DNA from: an uncultured bacterium
GTDB taxonomy: Bacteria > Verrucomicrobiota > Kiritimatiellia > RFP12 > UBA1067
Reading direction: 5' to 3'
DNA: 43,288 nucleotides
Assembly: GCA_902773015.1 (NCBI GenBank)
Contig: CACYCW010000004.1
Span: 1 to 43,288, forward strand
In this document: one piece after another, positions 1 to 7,616 of the stretch
Layout of the letters: each line of letters begins with the position of its first letter
Position numbering within the stretch: position 1 is the first letter of the stretch
Program-made: the position numbers and the translations under genes
Notes under the pieces: model-generated
Seen by the model: only the letters and a program-made list of their open reading frames with translations
What the model was told of the DNA's origin: nothing
Database searches by the model: none

Positions 1-1
1 A

Positions 2-115
2 ATCGCGCAGATTGCGGCAGAGACCGGCTTCCGGTCGTTGGCCTATTTCTCAAAGCTCTTCCACGACCGCACAGGCGTGTCCCCCACACTCTTCAGGAAG
101 AGCTCCGCAAGCTGA
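2..115 (+). CDS. AraC/XylS-family transcriptional regulator, C-terminal fragment (5' end outside window)
   Basis: Frame 2 reads IAQIAAETGFRSLAYFSKLFHDRTGVSPTLFRKSSAS*, the second HTH of the AraC family (IA..GF.S..YFS..F....G.SP..FR). The frame is open to the left edge; TGA at 113-115. Confidence 0.6.
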   Translation: MAQIAAETGFRSLAYFSKLFHDRTGVSPTLFRKSSAS

Positions 116-236
116 CCGCACACGGCCGCCGAGTGAAACGCGGAAGCGCGAGGGACGAATCGGGGTGGCCGCACGTGCAGCAGCCGCCGGACGCAATCGC
201 GACAATGGACACCAGAATCCAGCCCGCTTTCATCAT
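93..236 (-). CDS. Possible small Cys-rich lipoprotein (47 aa)
   Basis: ATGATG at 231-236 is preceded by GGGGAGG 4-5 nt upstream. Product is MMKAGWILVSIVAIASGGCCTCGHPDSS..., i.e. signal peptide plus lipobox-like ASGGC. It is the internal part of track ORF 93..446 and overlaps the AraC 3' end convergently by 23 nt. Confidence 0.3.
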   Translation of the reverse strand: MMKAGWILVSIVAIASGGCCTCGHPDSSLALPRFTRRPCAVSLRSSS

Positions 237-298
237 CCGACCTCCCCTTCGTGTTGCCTTGCGTTCAGTCTGCATCGCTTTCTCCCATCGGCGCCCTC

Positions 299-2989
299 TC
301 ACCTCACAATGCGCCCGTACTGCAGCGGAAGCCAGCCGCCGATATTGAGGCGGCTCTCGTCCGTCGGAGTGACGGCAGGCCACACGGCGCGGGAACGGTG
401 CAGGAAAAGAGCCCATCCCGGACGCCGTGCGACGTTCGCACCCCATCCGCGGGCGTCAAGCACGAGTCGGAACGACCAGCCCTTGCCGACCATGGCCGTC
501 TCATACTCCCGCACCGCCGCAGCCGGCGTGATCGAATTGTAGATCGGGTGACTGTGCCCTCCCGGCGTGAGATCAAGATGGTAAGGCCAGGCGGTCGCAC
601 AGCAGTTGAAGAGCCGAATCGAGACGACCCCAGGCTGCGGCGAGACCCCCTTCACCTCGAAGTCGCCGTTCGGGAGGTCTCGCACCGTGAACGAAAAGCC
701 GTCAGTCGTGCGAAGTTCCTCGCCAACGCGAATACTCGGCGCCGTCTGCTCGAATGCGGAGAGCGGATACTGTCCACCGGCGGCGATGACGCCGACAATG
801 CGATCGACTTCGGCAAGTGCGCGGGTGAGCTGTCGCGCGCGCCACTCGAGCTTGGCCGCATGGAACTGGTGCGACTCGGCCTCGGAGTGGAACCCGAGCC
901 GCGAATCCTCACGGGCGAGCGGCAGCATCTTCGCCGTGACGGCCTGCTCACGCTCGATGCAGGCGCGCATGCCGGCGAGGGCGTCGAGTGCCTTGCGGGC
1001 GTTGCCCTCGTCACGACTGGCGGAGACGGCGATCTCACGCAGGCGGTAGAACTCGAGGATGTCCGCACCCGACGCGAAGAGGAGCTGAAGCGCGCGCATG
1101 ACGCCAAGGTCGCGCTGACGATCGTGATCTCCGGTCCAGCGGCGGCCGAGTGTGTCGAGGATGTCCTCGCCCTTCGCACTGCGCGCAGCGGATCCGGCGC
1201 GCATGCGGTCGGCTAGAATCGCCGCCTCCTCTAGGGTATGGTTCTCAAGGCACTCGCCGATCGCGTCCCCGCTCGGCGGATCCTGCGGCTTCCAGGTGCG
1301 GCCGAGCGGACGCAGCTCGACGTTCGGCAGCAGCGGCCACGCGACGCCCGCATGGAACGGGCCGTAGTACTGCATGTCGTTCGAAAGCGGATAGTTAGCG
1401 TAGGCGTCGGAGAACTCCTTCCAGAGTCCGGCGACGGTCGCCGCGTCATCCCCCCACTCCGGACGCGCGAGCCGCAGGAGGAACTCGTCCTCGCTCTCGG
1501 AGAAATCCGAGAACGCGAGCTCGCCCGCCGCCTTGTTCATGACGCCCGGATAGCTGCCGAAGTACCAGCACTGCATCACCGACGAGCAGCGCGCCGCCCT
1601 CATCGCCGCGTACTTGCGGTAGAGAAGCCCCGGCACCGGCACGAACGGCACGGTCGCGCACTCATGGCTGCAACCGACCTGAATCTTCGCGCCAATGCGA
1701 CCGTTCGCCTCGCGTGACGCGGCCGCCACGCCCTGGAAGCCCGGCGCGGGACCGACATAGGAGAGCCAGTAGTCGCCGCCCGGACGGTAGCGACCGAGCT
1801 GCTCCTTCACGGCGCCCGACTCGAAGTTGTAGAGCATCGTCACGCCCTCTGGCAGGTGACGCGCGACCTCGGCGACCCATGGCGCGCGCTCGTAGTTGAC
1901 CTGCGGCTGGTAGAACCAGCTGAGGAACTCAGCGGACGGATTCACCGCGCGCATCCCCTTCACCACCGCCGATGCGGTGTTCCGGTGAATCTGCCACGGC
2001 TCGAGCCGCGAGCACAGCGGACACGGCGGGAGCTGGCCAACCAACTGCCCCCCCACGGGATCAATGCGGCTCAGGCAGGTCGTCCGACGCTCGCCGTGGG
2101 AGATGTTCAGGACGCCAGGCAGTCCTGGAACCTGCTCGAAAAGGTCCTGAAAGGCCTCCGCGATGTATTGCTGGGCCGCCGGAGAGGACGTGCAGAGCGT
2201 CTTCTCCCCACCCCAGGGCGCGTCCCGCAGCGCCTCCGGCGGCAGCGTCTTCAGGAGAGGGCTGTCGGTCTGCATCGCCCGCGGCTCGATGCAGAAGATC
2301 CAAGTGCGGATGCCATAGCGGCGGCACTTCTCGACGGTGCGGCGTAATTTCGCGATGCGCCGCGGCGCATCCTTGTCGCGCTCGTTGAACGACGTCTTCA
2401 CGATGTTCCGCAGCTCGATCGTGAGCCAGAGGCCGTTCACCCCCTCGTGCGCCAGGCGGTTCAGGTACTCCTCGGGATAGTAGTCGATGTCGTCCATCAA
2501 CTCGTCCCGATTGAACGGCGGACGCTTGATCGGGCCGAAGAAGCAGCGGGAGATGCGATTCCGGAGCCATGGGCGACGCGTCACGCTGCGAAGGTCGCCG
2601 GCGGAGACTCGATCCTCGAAGTAGCATGCGGCGCGGCGGATGCCGTCATCATCCCCTGCCGTGATGGTGACGTCACCGCCTGGCGCGACATCAATGCGAT
2701 AGCTCTCGTGCCCCTCGACGGTGCCGCGCCGCAACGTGAGCGTCTGCTCGGCTGGCTTGCCCGCGGAAGCCATGAAGCGCTCGAGGTCGGTGCGCACCGT
2801 CGCGGCCTCGCCGCCCAGGCCATACTCGTCGACAATGCGATAGGCCGTCTTCGCGTGATAGGGCGCGGGCTCGGCGAGCTCCTTGCGGAAGGACCATTCG
2901 GCGGGCGTGGGTGCCGCAGGAACGGGATCCATGTCTGCGTAACCAAACCCGGCCGAGACGGCCGCCAGCAGGAACAGGCTTGTTGTCAT
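299..2989 (-). CDS. Secreted 896-aa protein of unknown function, glycosidase-like
   Basis: ATG at 2987-2989 and signal peptide MTTSLFLLAAVSAGFGYA. The N-terminal YRIDV..VTITAGDDDGIRRAACYF resembles the N-domain seen in GH20-type enzymes. I could not assign a family. The start lies 12 nt downstream of the fhs stop. Confidence 0.8.
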   Translation of the reverse strand: MTTSLFLLAAVSAGFGYADMDPVPAAPTPAEWSFRKELAEPAPYHAKTAYRIVDEYGLGGEAATVRTDLERFMASAGKPAEQTLTLRRGTVEGHESYRIDVAPGGDVTITAGDDDGIRRAACYFEDRVSAGDLRSVTRRPWLRNRISRCFFGPIKRPPFNRDELMDDIDYYPEEYLNRLAHEGVNGLWLTIELRNIVKTSFNERDKDAPRRIAKLRRTVEKCRRYGIRTWIFCIEPRAMQTDSPLLKTLPPEALRDAPWGGEKTLCTSSPAAQQYIAEAFQDLFEQVPGLPGVLNISHGERRTTCLSRIDPVGGQLVGQLPPCPLCSRLEPWQIHRNTASAVVKGMRAVNPSAEFLSWFYQPQVNYERAPWVAEVARHLPEGVTMLYNFESGAVKEQLGRYRPGGDYWLSYVGPAPGFQGVAAASREANGRIGAKIQVGCSHECATVPFVPVPGLLYRKYAAMRAARCSSVMQCWYFGSYPGVMNKAAGELAFSDFSESEDEFLLRLARPEWGDDAATVAGLWKEFSDAYANYPLSNDMQYYGPFHAGVAWPLLPNVELRPLGRTWKPQDPPSGDAIGECLENHTLEEAAILADRMRAGSAARSAKGEDILDTLGRRWTGDHDRQRDLGVMRALQLLFASGADILEFYRLREIAVSASRDEGNARKALDALAGMRACIEREQAVTAKMLPLAREDSRLGFHSEAESHQFHAAKLEWRARQLTRALAEVDRIVGVIAAGGQYPLSAFEQTAPSIRVGEELRTTDGFSFTVRDLPNGDFEVKGVSPQPGVVSIRLFNCCATAWPYHLDLTPGGHSHPIYNSITPAAAVREYETAMVGKGWSFRLVLDARGWGANVARRPGWALFLHRSRAVWPAVTPTDESRLNIGGWLPLQYGRIVR

Positions 2990-3001
2990 GATCTTTGTTA
3001 T

Positions 3002-4768
3002 TTAGAAGAGTCCTCGGACGCGACCTGTCGCGACATCGACGTCGATGCGGCGGTAGGCGGGAGATGCGGAAGTACCCGGCATCAGCTTGATCTCGCCGGC
3101 GACCGGCACCACGAGCCCTGCGCCGCGGTAGATGAGCAGGTCCTTCACCGGCAGGCGCCAGCCCTTCGGCCGGCCGAGCAGCTTCGGATCGTGCGAGAGC
3201 GAGTATTGTGTCTTCGCGATGCAGACCGGCAGCCGCGCCGTCTCGGGATCGGACTGGAAGAGCTCGAGCTTGGCAAGCGCCTCGGGCGTGAAGTCGACCC
3301 CGTCACCGCCGTAGACCTCCTTCACCTCGCGCTCGATGCGGTCGCGAAGAGGCTCCTCGAGATCGCAGAGATAGGCGAAATCATTCGGTGCGTTGCAGGC
3401 GCGAATCACGGTCTCGGCAAGCACGAGCGCGCCTTCGCCGCCCTTGAGCCAGTGGTCGGAGACGGCGAACGTAGCGCCCGCACGCTCCGCCATTCGCCGC
3501 ACGAGCTCGCGCTCCTTCGGCGTGTCGGTGTAGAATGCGTTGAGGCAGACGACGGGCTGGATTCCGCTGCGGCGGATGATGTCGATGTGGGCGAGCAGGT
3601 TGTCACAGCCCTTCTCCAGGAGCTCGAGGTTCTCCGTCGTGTAGACGGGATCGAGCGGAAGGCCCGCCTTGACGGCCGGCGCGCCGCCATGCGCCTTCAG
3701 GGCGCGCACGGTCGCCACCAGAACCACGGCATCGGGCTTCAGGCCCGAGCAGCGGCACTTGATGTTCCAGAACTTCTCGTAGCCCATGTCCGAAGCGAAG
3801 CCGCTCTCCGTCACCACGTAATCGCCCAGCGCGCAGGCGAGGCGATCGGCGACGACCGAGTTCTGCCCGATCGCGATGTTTGCGAAAGGCCCGGCGTGCA
3901 CGAGCATCGGCTGGCCCTCGATCGACTGCATCAGCGTCGGCTTGATTGCGTTCACCAGGAGGGCGCACATCGCGCCGTCCACCTCGAGATCGGCGGTCGT
4001 CACTGGTGCGCCGGACTTCGAGTAGGCCACGATGATCTTCGAGAGCCGCCGGCGAAGATCCGCCAGGTCGGCAGACATCGCGAGAATCGCCATCACCTCC
4101 GAGGCGACGGTGATGTAGAAGCCGGAGTCGCAGGGATAGCCATCGAGTCGGCCGCCGCGACCGATCGAGATGCTCCTCAGCCCCTGTGCGCAGAAGTCCA
4201 TCGCCCAGCGGAACTGGATGCGCTCCGGGTCGATGTCCAGCCGCTTCAGGCCGCGTTCAGCGAGCCAGGAGTCGTCATGGTTGCGCTCGTGCTGCAGGCG
4301 CGAGTTGAGCGCGACCATGGCCAGGTTGTTGGCATTGGTGATCGCATCGATGTCGCCGGTGAGACCGAGCGAGAGCGCCGTGAGCGGAATCACCTGGGCA
4401 AGCCCGCCGCCGGCGGCGGAGCCCTTGATGTTGAAGGTCGGCCCGCCCGAGGGCTGGCGCACGCACCCGATCACTTTCTTGCCGAGCCTCCCCAGGCCCT
4501 CGACAAGGCCGAGCGTGGTCGTCGTCTTCCCCTCGCCGAGCGCGGTCGGGGTGATCGCCGTGACGTCGATGTACTTGGCGCGCTTTCTCTCCCCGACTCG
4601 GGCGAGCACCTTCGCGACGTCGATCTTCGCGAGGTAGCGGCCGTACGCATCCCATTCGCCCTCCTCGATGCCAAGCTCGCGAATGAGCTCGGCGGCTGGC
4701 TTCATGCCGGCCTCGGCCGCCTCGGCGACCTCCCAGTCCTTCATCTTCGTCGGATCCAGCGCCTTCAT
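3002..4768 (-). CDS. fhs: Formate--tetrahydrofolate ligase
   Basis: MKALDPTKMKDWEVAEAAE...TAITPTALGEGKTTTTLGL...GGPTFNIKGSAAGGG... matches Fhs along its length. The track ORF was trimmed to the ATG at 4766-4768, which has GAGGGA upstream and lies 10 nt after the atpB-like stop. Confidence 0.95.
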   Translation of the reverse strand: MKALDPTKMKDWEVAEAAEAGMKPAAELIRELGIEEGEWDAYGRYLAKIDVAKVLARVGERKRAKYIDVTAITPTALGEGKTTTTLGLVEGLGRLGKKVIGCVRQPSGGPTFNIKGSAAGGGLAQVIPLTALSLGLTGDIDAITNANNLAMVALNSRLQHERNHDDSWLAERGLKRLDIDPERIQFRWAMDFCAQGLRSISIGRGGRLDGYPCDSGFYITVASEVMAILAMSADLADLRRRLSKIIVAYSKSGAPVTTADLEVDGAMCALLVNAIKPTLMQSIEGQPMLVHAGPFANIAIGQNSVVADRLACALGDYVVTESGFASDMGYEKFWNIKCRCSGLKPDAVVLVATVRALKAHGGAPAVKAGLPLDPVYTTENLELLEKGCDNLLAHIDIIRRSGIQPVVCLNAFYTDTPKERELVRRMAERAGATFAVSDHWLKGGEGALVLAETVIRACNAPNDFAYLCDLEEPLRDRIEREVKEVYGGDGVDFTPEALAKLELFQSDPETARLPVCIAKTQYSLSHDPKLLGRPKGWRLPVKDLLIYRGAGLVVPVAGEIKLMPGTSASPAYRRIDVDVATGRVRGLF

Positions 4769-4778
4769 CAGCCATCCC

Positions 4779-6179
4779 TCATTTCTTCTTCGGCCAGTAC
4801 TTCTCGGACATCTTCGAGGGTATGCCCACCTCGTCGCGCTCGAAATTGTCCGCCAGAATCTTCCAGCCCAGGTCAAGCGCGTCTATGAGATCGATGTTGA
4901 CCGATAGATCCATCATCTCGCGCTCGAAGTCGGCGCCGTACTTGAGGAGCTTGAGGTCCCAGTCGGACATGCGGAAGCCCATCGACTGCTTCTCGACGGT
5001 CTCCTTGTACTGGGCGTAGAGCTTGATCATCGCGTCCATGATGGTGCGATGGTCCTCGCGCGTGGTGTTGTGCTCGCGGAACCAGGCCCTTTCCTTCTCG
5101 GCGCTCTCCGCGGCCTCGGCCTGGCTCAGGACGGAGCGCTGGAGAGTGGAGTAGGACTTGCCCTTGTTGACCTGCTGCTTCAGGCGGGAGAGGGAGCCGA
5201 ACGGCTCGATGCGGCCGTTCTTGAGGTAGAACTGGCCCTCGGTGATGTAGCCCGTATTGTCCGGCACCGGGTGGGTGACGTCGTCGCCCGGCATCGTGGT
5301 GACGGCAAGGATGGTGATGGAGCCGGCGCCGTCGAAGTCGACGGCCTTCTCGTAGCGGGCGGCGAGCTGGGAGTAGAGGTCGCCGGGGTAGCCACGGTTG
5401 GAAGGAATCTGCTCCATGGTGATCGCGATCTCCTTCAGCGCGTCGGCGAAGGACGTCATGTCGGTGAGTAGCACGAGGACATCCTTCCCCTCTAGCGCGA
5501 ACTTCTCGGCGACCGCGAGCGAAACGTCCGGAACAAGCATGCACTCGACGATCGGATCCGCCGCGGTGTGGACAAACATGACGGTCTTCGCGAGCGCGCC
5601 GGAGCGGTCGAGCGTCGAGCGGAACTTGAGGTAGTCGTCGTGCTTGAGGCCCATGCCGCCGATGATGATGACATCGGAGTCGGCCTGGAGGGCGATGCGC
5701 GCGAGGAGCTCGTTGTAGGGCTCGCCGGCACGCGCGAAGATCGGCAGCTTCTGCGACTTGACGAGCGAGTTGAAGAGGTCGATCATCGGGATGTTCGTGC
5801 GCACCATCTCGTGCGGCATGATGCGCTTCGCCGGGTTGACGGAGGGCTGGCCGATCGGCGAGAGCTCGCCGATGATCGCGGGGCCGCCGTCGCGCGGCAC
5901 CGCCGCGCCGGTGAAGGCGCGCCCGAGGAGATCCTGGGAGAACGGGACGCGCATGGTCTCGCCGAGGAACCTGACGCGCGCCGCGGTGTCGACGCCGCGT
6001 GCGCCCGCGAAGATCTGGAGCGTGACATTCGCCCCGTCGAGCTTGATGACCTGGGCGAGGGAGGTGCCGGCGCGTGATTCGACCTCGGCGATTTCGTTGT
6101 ATCTCACGCCTTCGGCTCGAAGCGTGGCGACCGAGCCCGCGAGGGCGTCGATCTTATGATAGACCTTGTTGTTAAACAT
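4779..6179 (-). CDS. atpB: V/A-type ATPase subunit B homolog (non-catalytic type), orphan
   Basis: 466 aa. Degenerate P-loop [24 protein letters not shown]; also [54 protein letters not shown] and TREDH, all typical of V/A-type B subunits. No A, D, E, I or K subunit genes are nearby. Confidence 0.9.
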   Translation of the reverse strand: MFNNKVYHKIDALAGSVATLRAEGVRYNEIAEVESRAGTSLAQVIKLDGANVTLQIFAGARGVDTAARVRFLGETMRVPFSQDLLGRAFTGAAVPRDGGPAIIGELSPIGQPSVNPAKRIMPHEMVRTNIPMIDLFNSLVKSQKLPIFARAGEPYNELLARIALQADSDVIIIGGMGLKHDDYLKFRSTLDRSGALAKTVMFVHTAADPIVECMLVPDVSLAVAEKFALEGKDVLVLLTDMTSFADALKEIAITMEQIPSNRGYPGDLYSQLAARYEKAVDFDGAGSITILAVTTMPGDDVTHPVPDNTGYITEGQFYLKNGRIEPFGSLSRLKQQVNKGKSYSTLQRSVLSQAEAAESAEKERAWFREHNTTREDHRTIMDAMIKLYAQYKETVEKQSMGFRMSDWDLKLLKYGADFEREMMDLSVNIDLIDALDLGWKILADNFERDEVGIPSKMSEKYWPKKK

Positions 6180-6185
6180 GGGGAA

Positions 6186-6215
6186 ATTATATCAAAATCC
6201 CGCCCCCGAGTTCAA
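6186..6215 (-). promoter_or_regulatory. Sigma70-type promoter TTGAAC-N18-(TGA)TATAAT; -10 ends 6 nt before the atpB-like ATG
   Basis: Minus strand reads TTGAAC TCGGGGGCGGGATTTTGA TATAAT TTCCCC ATG. The -10 is at 6186-6191, the TG extension at 6193-6194 and the -35 at 6210-6215. Confidence 0.6.
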
Positions 6216-6259
6216 TGCCAATATTCATCCGTCGGGGCCGGATTAAGGGAGGAAACCGG

Positions 6260-6817
6260 TCAGAGCCAAAGAGAGAGAATCCATCGGCCGCCCGGCGCGA
6301 AAGAGACACTTTCCGGCAGGATGGCCGCCTCGGCGGCGACAATCGACTCAAACGCCTGGCGCATTGCCGGATAGGAACCCTCGATCTCATAGGTGCGACG
6401 CACGGGATCGGGTCGCATGCCCGTCGAACGGAGAAGCTCGCGCGCCCCCCCGGCGGACGTACTCGGCGCGGATTCAGCAGAACTCCGCCGGATCTCGAGG
6501 CCGACGCGGCGGAAGATCTCGCCAAGCCCCTGGACGCGTTCGGCCTCTGTTGCGGCCGGATTTCCCTTCATCCGCATCACCGGCGGTGGCACCCGACGCT
6601 CAGCCGCAAGCTCACGCTCCGCCGCGGCTCGATCACGTCGAGCGGCGGCCATCGTTTCGTCGAAATCATCTTCAGCTACAAGGGACACGCTGCGGGCGCG
6701 CAATGCGTCGACACGCCCTCCCGCGTCCGCCCGCCAACCGTACCAGTAAAGGGCGAGGATGGCGATTGGCACGACGATCAAGAGAAATGCCCAGTCCCTG
6801 ACGCGCATCTCAGTCAT
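6260..6817 (-). CDS. PilO/GspM-like bitopic membrane protein
   Basis: 185 aa with an N-terminal TM (WAFLLIVVPIAILALYWYGW), an Ala/Arg/Glu-rich coiled-coil segment and a C-terminal ~80-aa globular part. The ATG overlaps the upstream gene's stop by 8 nt. The call rests on architecture only. Confidence 0.45.
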   Translation of the reverse strand: MTEMRVRDWAFLLIVVPIAILALYWYGWRADAGGRVDALRARSVSLVAEDDFDETMAAARRDRAAAERELAAERRVPPPVMRMKGNPAATEAERVQGLGEIFRRVGLEIRRSSAESAPSTSAGGARELLRSTGMRPDPVRRTYEIEGSYPAMRQAFESIVAAEAAILPESVSFAPGGRWILSLWL

Positions 6818-7565
6818 GGCTCACCTCGCAATCAAAGTTCGCGGTCGTGCCCTGAACGCTTGTCGCGATTGTGCCCGGGCGAAAGCGCCATCCCGCGCGA
6901 GCGGCGGCGGCCGAGAGGGCCACCATCACCTGAGAAGCCGCCTCGGGAGTGATTGCCGTGGCGGCAAGACGTGCGCGATAAGGCCCCGAGGCGGAGATCT
7001 CCTTGAGAACGGCCTTCTCACCACAGGCCGAGGCGATCGCACGCAGGAGGTCGGGCCAGGCCGCGCGCAGACGCGCCGCCTCATCCTGGGCCCGAGCGGC
7101 ATTCTGACGCCGCGTGCGCAGCTCCTCCGCCGCCCGGCGATCGGCGGCCGCCGCGTGGCGGACAGCGTCCACCTGCGCCTGCAAGGCCTCACGCGTCCGC
7201 ACCTCATGCGTCATGGTCGAGAGCGCAAGGGACGTTCGGACGAAATCCACGGCGACGAACGCGAGCAGGAGGAGGAGACAAACAGCGATCGGCACTCGCC
7301 AGCGACGCAAGACACCGCCCTCGGTCGCGCGCCGACGCCGCACGACGACCTCGAACACGCGCACTGTCGGGTCGGGATCCGGCACGGCACGGAAGGCGAG
7401 CTCGGCCTCGGCGGCCGGAACACCGGAGGATGGTTCCACCTCGTATGCCAGGGCCATCTGCAGCTCATCCGAGCGAAGGCCGTTCACCTGCACCGCAGCC
7501 ATTCGCACCTGCTGGCGAAATGCCGCAGTATCCTCCAGAATGTCAATGGGAACGGATCTCTTCAT
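6810..7565 (-). CDS. PilN/GspL-like bitopic membrane protein
   Basis: MKRSVPIDILED... (compare the PilN INLLP-type N-terminus), ~95-aa cytoplasmic part, TM (VPIAVCLLLLLAFVAVDFV), coiled coil (REALQAQVDAVRHAAAADRRAAEELRTRRQNAARAQDEAARLRAAW) and a C-terminal domain. Start taken at the ATG at 7563-7565; a GTG at 7589 is the alternative. Confidence 0.4.
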   Translation of the reverse strand: MKRSVPIDILEDTAAFRQQVRMAAVQVNGLRSDELQMALAYEVEPSSGVPAAEAELAFRAVPDPDPTVRVFEVVVRRRRATEGGVLRRWRVPIAVCLLLLLAFVAVDFVRTSLALSTMTHEVRTREALQAQVDAVRHAAAADRRAAEELRTRRQNAARAQDEAARLRAAWPDLLRAIASACGEKAVLKEISASGPYRARLAATAITPEAASQVMVALSAAAARAGWRFRPGTIATSVQGTTANFDCEVSHD

Positions 7566-7616
7566 GACTCCCGACTGTTGAAACGCCACTCGGCGCCAAC
7601 GGGTTCATGCAGGGGA

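Noticed and set aside
116-298. Intergenic regions (116-298, 11736-11934, 17741-17987, 22179-22358, 41633-42083) were checked by eye for tRNA, tmRNA or other structured RNA genes.
   Set aside because: I saw no cloverleaf-compatible segments with conserved GTTC-type T-loop features or acceptor-stem complementarity. I cannot exclude small ncRNAs without covariance-model searches.
12-542. Plus-strand ORFs at the left end (12-542 and 251-1216).
   Set aside because: They are Arg/Pro/Ser-rich low-complexity products antisense to the well-supported 299-2989 gene. The real plus-strand coding at the edge is the AraC fragment, which is in another frame.
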